From positions 4,166,419 through 4,230,418 of the forward strand of contig MU058198.1 in NCBI GenBank assembly GCA_013265495.1: a stretch of 64,000 nucleotides of DNA, written 5' to 3'. The notes beneath the pieces were generated by a model. That model ran no database searches and was not told the DNA's origin. It saw only the letters and a program-made list of their open reading frames with translations. This document shows, in pieces, positions 51,672 through 62,880 of the stretch (its first letter is position 1; the number at the start of each line of letters is the position of its first letter). Both the position numbers and the translations under genes were made by a program. This DNA is from Vicugna vicugna (Eukaryota).

Positions 51672-53331
51672 GTATGTAGGCGGGTACAACTCAGAATTTC
51701 TCAGTAATGCAGGACAGTTTAAGAATGGCTCAAAGTAGATGTGAAACTTTCAGCAGCAAGTGTCACTAGCACGTCCTAGCACCTGACCAGAACCAAGGGA
51801 CTTGTGACAGTGAAAACGGAATTCTCAGTTTCCCATAGGTGATTCTTCAGCTGCTCTAAAAATGGGGTGGACTTACTATCTCTTGGTGTGGTAAACACAT
51901 ATATTACCTCAGAAAGCTGACACACAAAGGACCAACAAGCATTTGTCTTCCAGTAGCTGTATTAACAACTGAAGTGTGGTACCTATTTCATAACAAGTTT
52001 CACTATTGTGGTTATTAAGAAACGGGCATTTCTTGTAACAGACGTTACATTATTTGTTTATACACTCTGGGTATTAAAGAACTTTCATCTGGGGAAGCAA
52101 TTTGGCTTTTTTTGTCTCTCAGAGAATGAAAATAAGAACAATTTAAGGGTCCCTGCAGTCTAGATGCACTTTTTAATGGGTTATCAAATAAAAATCATCC
52201 TCCCATCTACCACGTGGTTATTCACTCAGGCGTTTACAGGTGTTCCATGCACACACTAGACGCAAGGTGAGTGAGATGAATAAAGACACCCTGTCTGTTT
52301 CTGTAACACATGTCCTCTCGTATGTCCCTTTAAACAGTTCATAATAAAGAAAATGTGGAACGGTCAACACTCCATTAAATACCTGTTTCTTAACAAGTGT
52401 TTGCCGTAGCACAGTGGTAAGATAAGCATCCTCCTCACTCTGAAGTGGCTGAACTTCGCAGACAACCACGTCTGGAAGTAGTTAAAGCCACTGCTTCCGC
52501 AGGAGAACGTGGGGACAGAGCCAGACATAACACCTCACAGCCTAGGAGTTAACAAAAGAATCTGGTGGCTTGCACAAACATGGGTTTCTTCTTGTTTGTA
52601 GAAGATTCTGAAAGTCAGGAGAGGAATTTAGATTTGATATTAAAAGAAAGAAACGTCTGATATTTTGAGTGGGCGATTCCACATTTAAGGTGGGGTAATC
52701 TGACAGTGGTGAGCAGAATGGCTTGGAGAGGGAGGCCTGTTAGCTGTTACCATGATTCATATAGGGATCGAGTCTGCAGCTAAACTAGAGGGGTCATCAG
52801 GGGCATTTTAAAACAACAGGAAGAAAGGCGAGGTTTCGGGGACTGAATGCGTGGCACGTGGGGGAGGACGAAGGCCTGGCCGAGTGGTAGTGTCAGCCCC
52901 TGGGTGCCTTGGTGAACTGTTCAAGGAGAAGTCACCGGATTTGAGAGGCATGAGTTGGGCACAGTGAGAAGGGGCCCTCCCCGTGGGGGCTGGTACTGAG
53001 AGGTGGGGCTGGTGTTTCTCTGGGGTATCTCTTGCTGTTTCTCATTGTTGACATGTATTCTCACAGACAAGTAGGAGACAGGGATGTGGGAGGGCAAGTA
53101 CCTCTTCTGAGCCACTGTGAAAACAGTGAGCAAGCTCTCCGCATGCTGTTTCAAAGGCAGGAAGGAGGCTGCAGTCTTAGGCACTGTTCCCGTGGCCCTG
53201 AGCGTGCCTGCCTGCTTGCTTGCCGGGGGCCACTGTTACAGGGTTGCAGGGTCACTGGTGCTTTTGCTTATTCTCAGACGCCAGATCCCTTGCTCTGGGA
53301 AGACTAATTAATTGGCTCTTCCCCCACGTAG

Positions 53332-53439
53332 GGTCATCCTCATCCTTGAACACCACGCTGCCTTCAACTAGTGCCTGGTCATCCATTCGTGCCTCCAACT
53401 ACAACGTTCCCCTCAGCAGTACAGCACAAAGCACTTCAG
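53332..53439 (+). CDS. TNRC6A: TNRC6A exon 21 equivalent, 108 nt, [16 protein letters not shown]...AQSTS
   Basis: Acceptor cccacgtag|GGTCAT, donor TCAG|gtgggt. Confidence 0.94.
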
Positions 53440-54654
53440 GTGGGTCCTGCCCCGGGCTCGCCAGGGCCCTGTCAGAGGGAGGGGTGTCCTCAGAACCTGG
53501 GGCGGGGCTGTGACGCTTAATCCCACTTCTTTTGATCTACAGTCTTCTTCTCAGGGAGCTTGGAGTGTAAGTATATTTCTGAAACCTGGAAAACATTTTT
53601 AACACCATTTGCCCTTGTTTAAAATCTACTAAAACAGCCTTCACCGAACAGCCACTCACATCTGAGAGCCATCTCAGCTCTGTAATTCAATGTAATTTAA
53701 TTCAAAGCAGTGGTTATCAACTATCTGTAGTGAAAGACCTTTTATTTTTTAATATCCAATCTTTTACAGACTGATAACTTCCGTAAAATACAGTAAACCT
53801 GAGCTTGGAATTGCTAGAAAATGACTGTACACTTGGGGGTTATGGCAGCAGTGTCAGGTTGCTGTCAGCTTATAAACACTCGATCAGTTCTGCACTCGGA
53901 CTAGTGATAAACTGTGTTGTGACCAGTCTTCCCATTACACTTGGAGATGTGCTAACTTAAAAACATGCAGCTTATGGATCAGGTAGAAAAGTAATTGATG
54001 GTGATGGAAATTATGAAATTTTCCATCCCCTCCTACCCCATCATGGGGCTTTTTTAAGCATTATTTTGATAAGCTTTCTGTGTGCCTGGCTGTGCACTGG
54101 ACCCCTTAGGCAAGTGGCTTAACGTCTCTGATCTTCAGTCGTATGTGTGTCAGGATTAGAGGTAGCCAAGCACCCAGCAGCTCAGCTCTTGGCACAGAGT
54201 GCCCCCAGCGGATGTCGGCTCTGAGGGCTCCCTGAGTTGGGGCTACTTTTGTAGTCCTTTTTTCATGAGTAGACGACAGAGTGCTAAAATCCATTTGATG
54301 GCCTAAGTGTCAGTCTTGAGTGACTCATTACAGTTGTTGAAGAGTTCCCAATTGCTGTGTTAGAGCGGTTCGGAGCAGTGTTAAGTATAGCTTTGTACGC
54401 TGGACTAAGAGTCTCGCAGGTCTTAAAACTGTTACTAACAGACAGACGGGCTGTTTTGAGGCAAGGGAGCAGTTTCCTTGTGCCTTTCTGTTTTTCTTCT
54501 TTGGCAGTTCAGTTTGATACGGGGATTTCTTACGGTTTTTGTTTGTTTGATTTGCTTTTAGTGGGAGAATGAATGTTAATCATTATTTAAATTTTCTTTT
54601 TTCTGAAAGCATTAATCTCCCCTCTCCCCCACTTTGTTTTTTCCCTTTGAGTAG

Positions 54655-54876
54655 CCAGAAATAGTGATTCCAAATTGACATGGTCTCCTGGTTCAGTTAC
54701 AAACACCTCTCTGGCTCATGAGCTGTGGAAGGTCCCTTTGCCACCTAAAAACATCACTGCTCCGTCCCGCCCACCTCCGGGGCTGACTGGTCAGAAGCCA
54801 CCCTTGTCTACGTGGGATAATTCTCCCCTCCGTGTAGGTGGAGGATGGGGAAATTCTGACGCCAGGTACACCCCAG
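54655..54876 (+). CDS. TNRC6A: TNRC6A exon 22 equivalent, 222 nt, [10 protein letters not shown]...RPPPGLTG...ARYTP
   Basis: Acceptor tttgagtag|CCAGAA, donor CCAG|gtaagg; contains the P-GL motif. Confidence 0.95.
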
Positions 54877-56674
54877 GTAAGGTGGCGTGCGTACGGTGGT
54901 TCCATGTGGTTAGTTTTCTGAAACTAGCCAGTACCAGCAGTCTAGTTTAACAGAGACCTAAACAGCAGACTGCAGCATCACCCTCTATACAGCAGGACTA
55001 GAACTTAAACAAACAGAAGGTTCCTGGTGCATTGCCATCTTCTGCAGCCTCCATGCTTTTGAGAATCTCAAATTTTACTTTAAATTTTGCCTGGTTTACT
55101 TAAGAACTTTTACCCAAAGACACACAGCGGTCAGCGATAAAGTTAATGGAATGGGGATTTCCTTCCTTCCAGAAGCTCCTCAAGGGCTCATCTTAGTGTA
55201 TTAACTTCCTGCTCGTAGCAGGACCATGTCACACAGAGCAGACGCTGTCATTTGCCGAGCCTGGGCGAGGTGGGAGCAGCCCACCTGGGCCTTGAGGAGT
55301 GGGGCCTGCTCCAGTGAGAGCCTGGCCTGCGCTTAGGGTGGCGCAGAGCTCACTGAGGCAGCAGGACGTCTGAGTGAAGGGTGCTGTGGGTGGATCGCAC
55401 AGGCCTAAACCAGACTGTCCCAGGAAACTAGGGCAAGTGGTTCCCTTGCCCCTCTATTCCTCCTGCAGACGACTGGCACTGGATTTGTGCTGGCATCATG
55501 CCCCACCCCTGCCTCCCCCCAGCACACACAACCACAAATACAACGCAGAGCTTATCTGCCGGCTCAACCAGTAAATGTGATCTTATCCATCTTCCTGCCC
55601 TGCCCCCAGAATGAACCAAACATGCTCATCTCCAGGCTGAAGATGGTAGTGAGACCTCATTAATAATTTCTGGTCTTTAGACAGGTGATTGGCTGAAATA
55701 AAACTTGCATTGTTTCTTTTGGAGAAAAGTTTTAATTATGGGAAAAGAACGCGTGAGTCTGTTCCAAGCTAAGAAATGCAAACTAGTGTGATCGGTGTCA
55801 CATGTAAGTGGTCCTTTCAGGCCACAGACACCTGGGTGCCAGCTACGTGGCTGGTGGTATGCGGTGGAGGCGATAGTAAAAGTGGCCTAGGAGCCCTCAC
55901 CCTCAGGAGGGTCGGTAGGACTGAGTGGGATCAGGAGGCCTGTGAGAGTAAGTGGGCAAACAGACGGAGCAGCAAGTATCAAGGCACTGGGGCCTGGGAA
56001 AGCACAGGGCTTCCTGTTGGAGTTGTCAGAGCTTGGCAAGAGGTGGAGCAGCGTCGGGGGGAGATGAGTAGGCGTGAGCTCTGTCGTGCGGGTGTCCTAA
56101 GTCACACGGTGTTTCTGAGGCACCTTTAAGTGGTTGTAGACGGGGAGTGACTTGATCACGTTTTAAAGCTCTGCTGCTGGGAGAAGGGATGCGGTGGGGC
56201 CGAGCAGGACAGCCGACGGGGAGCCCCCGTGGGAACACAGACTGAAACGAACGTGTGGACGATTGCAAGCTCTTAAATCCCTTTGAGATCGTCCCCAACT
56301 GAGGCCATTCCCCAAAGGCGATCATTTTGAGAGAGGTTTAGCTTTATGAATGGAAAGATGGTAAAGACATGTGGCCTTTGGTTCACCAGCCTGCCATGTG
56401 ATAAGCTGGGAGCCCTCTGAGCCCGCTCTCCCAGAGGCAGAGCCACGTGCCCCGGCAGTTGACTGGTCAGAGCTGGGGGGAGCGGGCATGCTGGGCCTGG
56501 GGAGAAAGTACCCCGTGTGGAAGTGCGGGGAAGGAGGAAGGAAGGGAGGGACGCCCATGAGAGCCCAGATGCCCCTCCCGAATACCTGCAGTTTGACGGG
56601 GATATGTTTGTCCTGAACACTCATTCAGGCCACAGCCTTGGAAAACTGACCTGCCCTTTTTCTTCCTTGTTTAG

Positions 56675-56745
56675 GTTCCAGCTGGGGTGAGAGCAGCTCA
56701 GGGAGAATAACAAATTGGCTTGTTCTAAAAAACCTTACACCTCAG
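56675..56745 (+). CDS. TNRC6A: TNRC6A exon 23 equivalent, 71 nt, [24 protein letters not shown] (RRM start)
   Basis: Acceptor tgtttag|GTTCCA, donor TCAG|gtaaga. Confidence 0.95.
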
Positions 56746-56930
56746 GTAAGAATGTCCGGCGTCCTGTCTGTGCGGACACACCAGGTAGCATGGAGAGCAG
56801 AGGGTTCCGTTCTTGTCTGAGATGAGGACTGCCCAGGCCTTCTGAGTGGTACTGAGCAGGTGTGGAGGCTGGGCGGAGGAAACAGCGAAGGATGGCCTTT
56901 AGCTGCCTCAGACAGACTGGCGGTCTGACC

Positions 56931-57104
56931 CAGCGGTTCTAGACTGTAAAATGCACAGAAGCTGACCAAAAAGAGAGCCCTGAGCCTCACCCTCAAAGAC
57001 CTGGTTCCATAGATCTGGGCTCGGATCAGGGATCTGCGTTTCTGTACGGGCATTCAGATGACTTTGATACAGGTGGTCCTTGTACTGCACTTTGAGGAAC
57101 CCTG
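56931..57104. mobile_element. MER5-like hAT MITE
   Basis: Inverted termini cagcggttct... / ...ctttgaggaaccctg and a MER5-like internal segment. Confidence 0.55.
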
Positions 57105-57529
57105 TCTGCCCTTGTAGATTAGAACGTTTTCTCAGTCCCTGGACCACCCCCCCCCTCCTCCTCTGGAGGCTGGGTGTTAAGAGCCCGCCCCCCTCCTCCC
57201 CCAGGGAGCAGTGCCTTGATGAATCCTGTCCTCAGGGCAGGGAAGAGAGAAGACATGAAGCCACAGCAGGGGCAATGGCTAACTAAGGAATTGGGGATCT
57301 GGGGAATGTCCAGGAGTCTAGAGGCCACAGAGGTATGGCTCTGGGACCAGTGGAGGTGGGGCGGGGGGTACTGAACCCCATCACAGCAGTGAGTCCCAGT
57401 GAAGAGCGGCACCAGGAGTGAAGAACCTCGGGCAAGAGAGACAGGACCGAGTCCCAGCCTGGGACCACCTCCATGGACGGTCCTCGTGACGGTGCATCTA
57501 ACTGGCAGTTCCCACACCCTGTTTCCTAG

Positions 57530-57669
57530 ATCGATGGCTCAACTCTGCGTACCCTGTGCATGCAGCATGGCCCACTGATAACATTCCACCTGAACCTCCC
57601 ACATGGAAATGCTTTGGTCCGTTACAGTTCAAAAGAAGAGGTAGTGAAGGCACAAAAGTCTCTGCACAT
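57530..57669 (+). CDS. TNRC6A: TNRC6A exon 24 equivalent, 140 nt, [15 protein letters not shown]...AQKSLH (RRM)
   Basis: Acceptor tttcctag|ATCGAT, donor ACAT|gtaagt. Confidence 0.95.
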
Positions 57670-58020
57670 GTAAGTTGGCCGTCCTGTGCGTGACCTGGGT
57701 CCCCTCATGCGCGTGAGAGCCCGGCTGACGGCCCCGTGCCGCCCTTGGGCCAGCGTGCGGTCCCGCAGTGCAGGCCTCGCTGCATCCTGGGTTCCGCGGG
57801 CTCTGGGCTCTGGGTGGCGCGCCCTGGCACGGAGCGCCCTGGGCCCGTGCCCCGCCTCGGGCTTGCGCTCACTGACCGGAGGGCAGGCTGGGTCCCTGTG
57901 CGCTCCCTCTCCCCGCTCCAGGGCCTTTTTTAAGCAGAAACTCAAAGTGTCACCCTGACTTTTGACTCAGAGCCTCAGGTACCCCAAGTCTTCACCAGGC
58001 CTGCTTGTGTCTCTCTCCAG

Positions 58021-58396
58021 GTGTGTACTGGGGAACACTACTATTCTTGCTGAGTTTGCCAGTGAAGAGGAGATCAGTCGTTTCTTTGCACAAAGTCAGT
58101 CTCTGACCCCTTCTCCCAGCTGGCAGTCTCTCGGGTCCAGCCAGAGCCGGCTGGGCTCCCTCGACTGTTCCCACTCGTTCTCCAGCCGGACCGATCTCAA
58201 TCACTGGAATGGTGCTGGGCTGTCGGGAACTAACTGTGGAGACCTTCATGGCACTTCCCTCTGGGGGACCCCACATTATTCCACAAGCCTGTGGGGGCCT
58301 CCAAGCAGCAGCGACCCCCGGGGAATTAGCAGCCCATCCCCCATTAACGCTTTTCTTTCTGTTGACCACCTGGGTGGGGGTGGAGAGTCCATGTAA
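58021..58396 (+). CDS. TNRC6A: TNRC6A last exon, coding part, 376 nt, [12 protein letters not shown]...LWG...GGGGESM*
   Basis: Acceptor ctctctccag|GTGTGT; TAA stop at 58394-58396. Confidence 0.97.
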
Positions 58397-58548
58397 CAGT
58401 GTAGACTAGACGCACGGACTGCGACCTCAAGACGCGGAAGAAAGGAGCACTAAGTCGGGCTCGCCGCCTGCAGCCAGGGGCCACCTGTGGGAACAGCTCT
58501 TCTCTGCACATTTTCCACTTTGTTTTCCCTGAAACATATCAGTTTGAA

Positions 58549-59896
58549 TACTTGAATCATGCAGGCCAATATTATAATGTGAAAAGGTATCTATCTATTT
58601 ACACTCCCAAATAGCGCCATACATGCTAAACCGTGTAGAAGAGCTCCCTTGTGTGTAGTCATCATGTCTAGCCTTTGGGTTCTTTTTCCCCTTTCCTGTC
58701 CCCCTCTCCCCTTCATTCATCTTTTTTTTCCCCCTTTTTCTTTCTTTTTTTTTTTCTTTCTTTTTTGCAAAACCCTTTTTTGGGCTGATAATGTATGAGC
58801 TTTTAACTTTGCACTGAATGATGTTCTCTCCGTCTAATCGGCAATATGGGGGGGCAGCTGTTCCAGTGTAAATGTTTACTCAAGGATGTTCTTAAAAGGT
58901 GTGCGCTCTCTACTATGCCTTGATGTTTGCCTACCTTATTGTGGTATCGTGGAGTTTAAAAGATCAAGTTATGATGCTGACTTAGGACTATAAATGAAAG
59001 TATTGCACCAGTTTTTTCATGTTAGAAAACTAAAGAATTTCGCTCTGCAGTTTGAAAAACTGTGGCCACAGCTGTGACTTGCAGCCCACCTGCCACCCAG
59101 GACGGGCCCTGCACTTTGAATAGGCTTTCCATTTTATTTTGAAGGTTCCCACGTTGAACCTTCTTGTTTACAGATTTTTTTGTTTGTTTTTTGAGAAAAA
59201 AAATGTTTACTCTTCCATCATTTAAAAAAAATTAAAAGACAAAAAAAAATGGAGGATGATTTAAAAGATGCTTTCTATCTCTGGGAAAAAGGAGCAGCAT
59301 TTGGCCATGTTCTTTTGTTTTTCTATTCCTGTCCTAAATCAAAGAGCATGGTTCTCAGGAAAACCAGTTCCCCAGTTAAACCAAAAAAAAAAAAAAAGAA
59401 CAAAAAAATGCTTAAAGCTGGAGTTTGAGATTCTGCTTTCAGATGCTGTCTTTTTATTAGTGAGTGATGATGGTTTGCTAATAATCAATAGGTAATAATT
59501 TTTGTAATCCCATCAAGTGGCTCTGTACGTCTCTGCTCTCTCGTGACTGTGTTACTGTCTAACTGTTGTACCTTAAAGCCGAAATCAGTAACTATGCATA
59601 CTGTAACCGAGATATTGGGCTTACAGGATCGTTCGTTGTACAAAGAAAATTTTAAATGTTGTTGCAAACTAACGAGTTACACCATTTTTAAAATTTCTTT
59701 CTCTCCTCCCCCCCCCCCTTTTTTTGCCCACAAATGGTATTATAATGCTTGCTTAGTCAAAGAAGAGAGACTAAACAAGGGTAAAAATTTTAACAGTACA
59801 GAATTTGCCATCATTTCATTGCCTTGATTCTAACTGTTTGTGTCCTAAGATGCAAAAGAAGTCAGTGGCTTTTAACTGTTTACAAATAGAATGTGA
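58549..59896 (+). promoter_or_regulatory. Cluster of miRNA seed matches: miR-26, miR-23, miR-19/130/148, miR-30 x4, miR-17, miR-153/144
   Basis: TACTTGAA 58549; AATGTGAA 58576; TTTGCACTGA 58808; TGTTTAC 58873 and 59204; TGTTTACA 59165 and 59877; GCACTTT 59111; CTATGCATACTGTA 59592; AATGTGA 59890. Confidence 0.7.
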
Positions 59897-59948
59897 TTGT
59901 AAAATGTACAGTTTGGTTGTGTTTGAATTATGAAATTTCTTCAGATAT

Positions 59949-59954
59949 AATAAA
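59949..59954 (+). terminator. Proximal polyadenylation signal AATAAA
   Basis: Upstream TGTA motifs near 59898-59908 and downstream T/GT-rich tracts. Confidence 0.6.
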
Positions 59955-60716
59955 CCATGACTTTTTGGCTGCTCAACATTAATTGTCTCTTTTTTGTGAA
60001 TTTATTTGTACGCTCTTTTTTATAATGAAAGTTTCAGAGTTGCTATGTATGAGGGTTCTCATAGAGCAACCGAGTAACAATCTGAGCAAATATCTGAACA
60101 TTTTATCTGAACTTATTCACAATTTCACCCTGAAATAATGTGAGAACAATGGGAAACTGTAGCTTGCTCCTTCCTACCCTCTTTGAGCATCTTTGGGATC
60201 TTGTTGCTCAAAACTCTTCTGTGACTTCATCTTCCCCACCATTTGTGCCCATCTCAAGCCTCAGCAAGAGACCATTTGGAACATGAAGCTTAATGACTTG
60301 ACAGTGTTCTAGTGTTAAACTCTCATACCTCTGTTACAAAATGAGAAATGCCACAGCCTGGACCGGCCTTTTTCTCCCCCTTCATGGCCCTCCCTCCTCA
60401 CTGCAGGAGCCTTGGGCCAGAACCTGTGTATGTATTTCAGTGTATGACTTCAAATCATGCTCCAACTTGCCAGGTGTAAGCTAATGTTGTTGGACACCTT
60501 AATATAAGCAAATGTTGTTCAATGCATTCAATGTATATTGACTTCCATACTGGTTTTTCCAAAAACCAAAGGTAGCTTTGAAAAACCACGTCTGGAAATG
60601 TTCGGAACGTTAAGCTGATTGACCTTTGGGGCTTTGAGTAGTATATAATTGACTTCATAATTGCGTTAATTGTATTGTTAAAAGTGTTTGGGAGTTTTTT
60701 GCGCTTGTTATGTGGA

Positions 60717-60722
60717 AATAAA
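60717..60722 (+). terminator. Distal polyadenylation signal AATAAA
   Basis: Followed about 25 nt later by gtggtttgatttttg; sequence character changes after it. Confidence 0.8.
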
Positions 60723-62475
60723 GTGTTTGATTTAAAAAAGTAAAAGTGGTTTGATTTTTGCCTGGTCTGCCTAGTCCTTAAAGAAAACAGCTCTATTCGC
60801 CTAAGTGACTGTGTTACTCCCACGCCCTCCTCCATCTCTCAGCTGCCTGTGCCTTAGTCCAGGCCATTAGTCTGACCATGATATCCCCCTGGCTGAGTGG
60901 CCTCGACTCACTGACAGCCTGTAATAGTCAGTCTAAACGTCTTAATACGTCCAGTCATGCGTTTGCAAATAGAGCTCCCGAGGGCCACCGAGCTCCTGCT
61001 CCTGCTCCCCTGGACACGCTGAGCTGCCCTGGTCCTGCTCCACACCCGCCACCAGCCTGCCCAACGCTCCCTTACCCTCAAAGACGGTGATCGCCGCGGT
61101 CAGCTTCCCCGGGGTTTTTTTCCCCATCAAGTGTAGACACCGCCTCCCATTGCTGCCTGCTACAAAAATGTTATCCCCTCATCACTGCTGGTGATCATTG
61201 AGCTTCAGCCGATGAAGAACCTCTTGCTAGTCTCTGTAATCCACGTGGTCACACACTAGGTAGTCGCTGAACAGGTGCTGAAGGAGTGACAGCATATCCT
61301 GTTGACATGTGAGGACCCAGGGTTGTGGTAGTGCCACGCTGTTCAATTGTGAGGGTGGATGAACCAGGGAAGGTGGAGGTGAGGTTCCTGACAGGGTCTA
61401 AGTTGGGTTAAATAGTGTGTAGATGGGAACTGAGGGGAAGGGCGAGATGCTTGGGTCAAAAGGAATGACGGAAGTTGCACTGAGCAAGCTGGCTCAGTGT
61501 CCGGCTGAGAGATCGCTTCCGTGCATCGGTACTTGACTGAATTTTCCCTCTCCAGAATTGAGGAGACTTTTTCCTGTTGATCCTTTGATTTCAGATGTGA
61601 GCGGCAGGGTCGCTGAACAAGAGCCAGAAACAACCCAGATGAACCTCGAAAGCCCCTTACAAAGAACCAGGCCTGTGGCCCTGGTGGCACTTCCTCTGAG
61701 GAGGCATCTGCAGGGTGGTGGGGAAGGCGGGTAACAAAATGTTAAGGGTTCTCTACATAGCTAGTGTTTTGTGTGTGTTTTCTTAATTTCTGAGCACCCC
61801 AGACTGGCCCTAGAATAGGAAACACAAAGTCCTAGTACAGTTTCTCAAATTGTCCACCAGCACCCTTCCAAAGCCAAGGAGAGGATGGACGATGCAGATC
61901 CCCTTAGGATCTGGGGGCAGAGTTTTAAACTCTGCAATTTTGGTTAAAGCTGCATGTGAATATTGCATTCTGCTCCATTATAAGGTTTTCATCTAAAAAC
62001 AGCGTTTCAAACAGCCAGTTAAATTGCTCTTCTTCAGGAAGCCCCTAATGCTTCAGAAGGATGAGCCACAGTAAGGCCCACAACACCCCACTTGCAGAAG
62101 CACAGCTGGAGAGTTTCAGCTCCGCATGGCTTGAGTGGCAGAGACAGCTTCAGCGCAGGGGCAAGAGAGTGACTTCCCGGCCCTGAGACCTTGGGCCTGT
62201 CTCAGCCCTCAGGGTCCAGGATGCCCCTGTCCTGGCCGGCTGTTGACCCACTAGGTAGGGAAGATCCCCAACCTGCTGGTAGAGCAGGGCTCAGCTCTGG
62301 GTAGTGAGGGAAGCTGTATCCATAGTCCAGCCCCACTTCCAGAAGACAAGCTTTAAATGGCCCAAACACCCTGCAGGCCTGAATCCAATGCATGGACCCC
62401 CCATTGCCATCCTACCATATCACTGAACCACCTGGGTTCTCGTGATTTCATAGGTTGTTAAAATCAGCTTTTGGT

Positions 62476-62558
62476 GAGGGAGGGTATATAGCTCAGTGGT
62501 AGAGCGCGTGCTTGGCATGCATGAGGTCCTGAGGTCTCAGAACATTCATTAAAAAAAT
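62476..62558 (+). mobile_element. tRNA-Ala-derived SINE (Vic-1-like), 3' half degenerate
   Basis: gagggagggtatatagctcagtggtagagcgcgtgcttggcatgcatgaggtcctg followed by an A-run. Confidence 0.75.
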
Positions 62559-62758
62559 TGGTTGGCTGGCAATCTTTGGCGACCCTTGCAAGCATCACCC
62601 CAATTTCTGCCTTCATCTTCCCAAGGCGTTCTCTCTGTGCATATGTCTGTGTCCAAATAAAAACCTATACCCTTTTATGAATGCCCACCTAGTTGGATTT
62701 TGGCAAAGGGGTAAATAATAAATTGGCAACAAAAAGTAAAATAAACAAACATATGGCA

Positions 62759-62880
62759 GGGGGGAAGGTATAGCTCAAGTGGTAGAGCATGTGCTTAGCA
62801 TGCACAAGGTCCTGGGTTCAATCCCCAGTACCTCCTCTAAAAGTAAATAAATAAACCTAATTACCCCCCCCCCAAAAAAA
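62759..62880 (+). mobile_element. tRNA-Ala-derived SINE (Vic-1-like), full length
   Basis: tRNA-like body, aaataaataaacctaattacccc tail and A-run. Similar flanks (taaacaaacatatggca / taaacaaaaatgtca) suggest a target-site duplication. Confidence 0.9.

Larger units (their letters stand above)
15263..60740 (+). other. TNRC6A: TNRC6A (GW182/TNGW1) gene, 5'-partial: 21 coding exons plus 3'UTR
   Basis: The spliced translation has a GW/WG-rich N-terminal region, a Q-rich region, PAM2 ([14 protein letters not shown]), PPPGL, an RRM and the C-terminus [10 protein letters not shown]. All junctions are GT-AG with consistent phases. Exon lengths sum to 5669 nt, plus 1 nt from the upstream exon = 1890 codons including the stop. 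Confidence 0.98.
58397..60740 (+). other. TNRC6A: TNRC6A 3'UTR (~2.3 kb, U-rich)
   Basis: Follows the stop codon; no interspersed repeat recognised; ends after AATAAA at 60717 and a GT-rich element. The exact end is approximate. Confidence 0.85.

Noticed and set aside
54649..54654. NAGNAG acceptor (gag tag) at exon 22
   Set aside because: GAG is a poor acceptor; the distal TAG reproduces the recalled protein.
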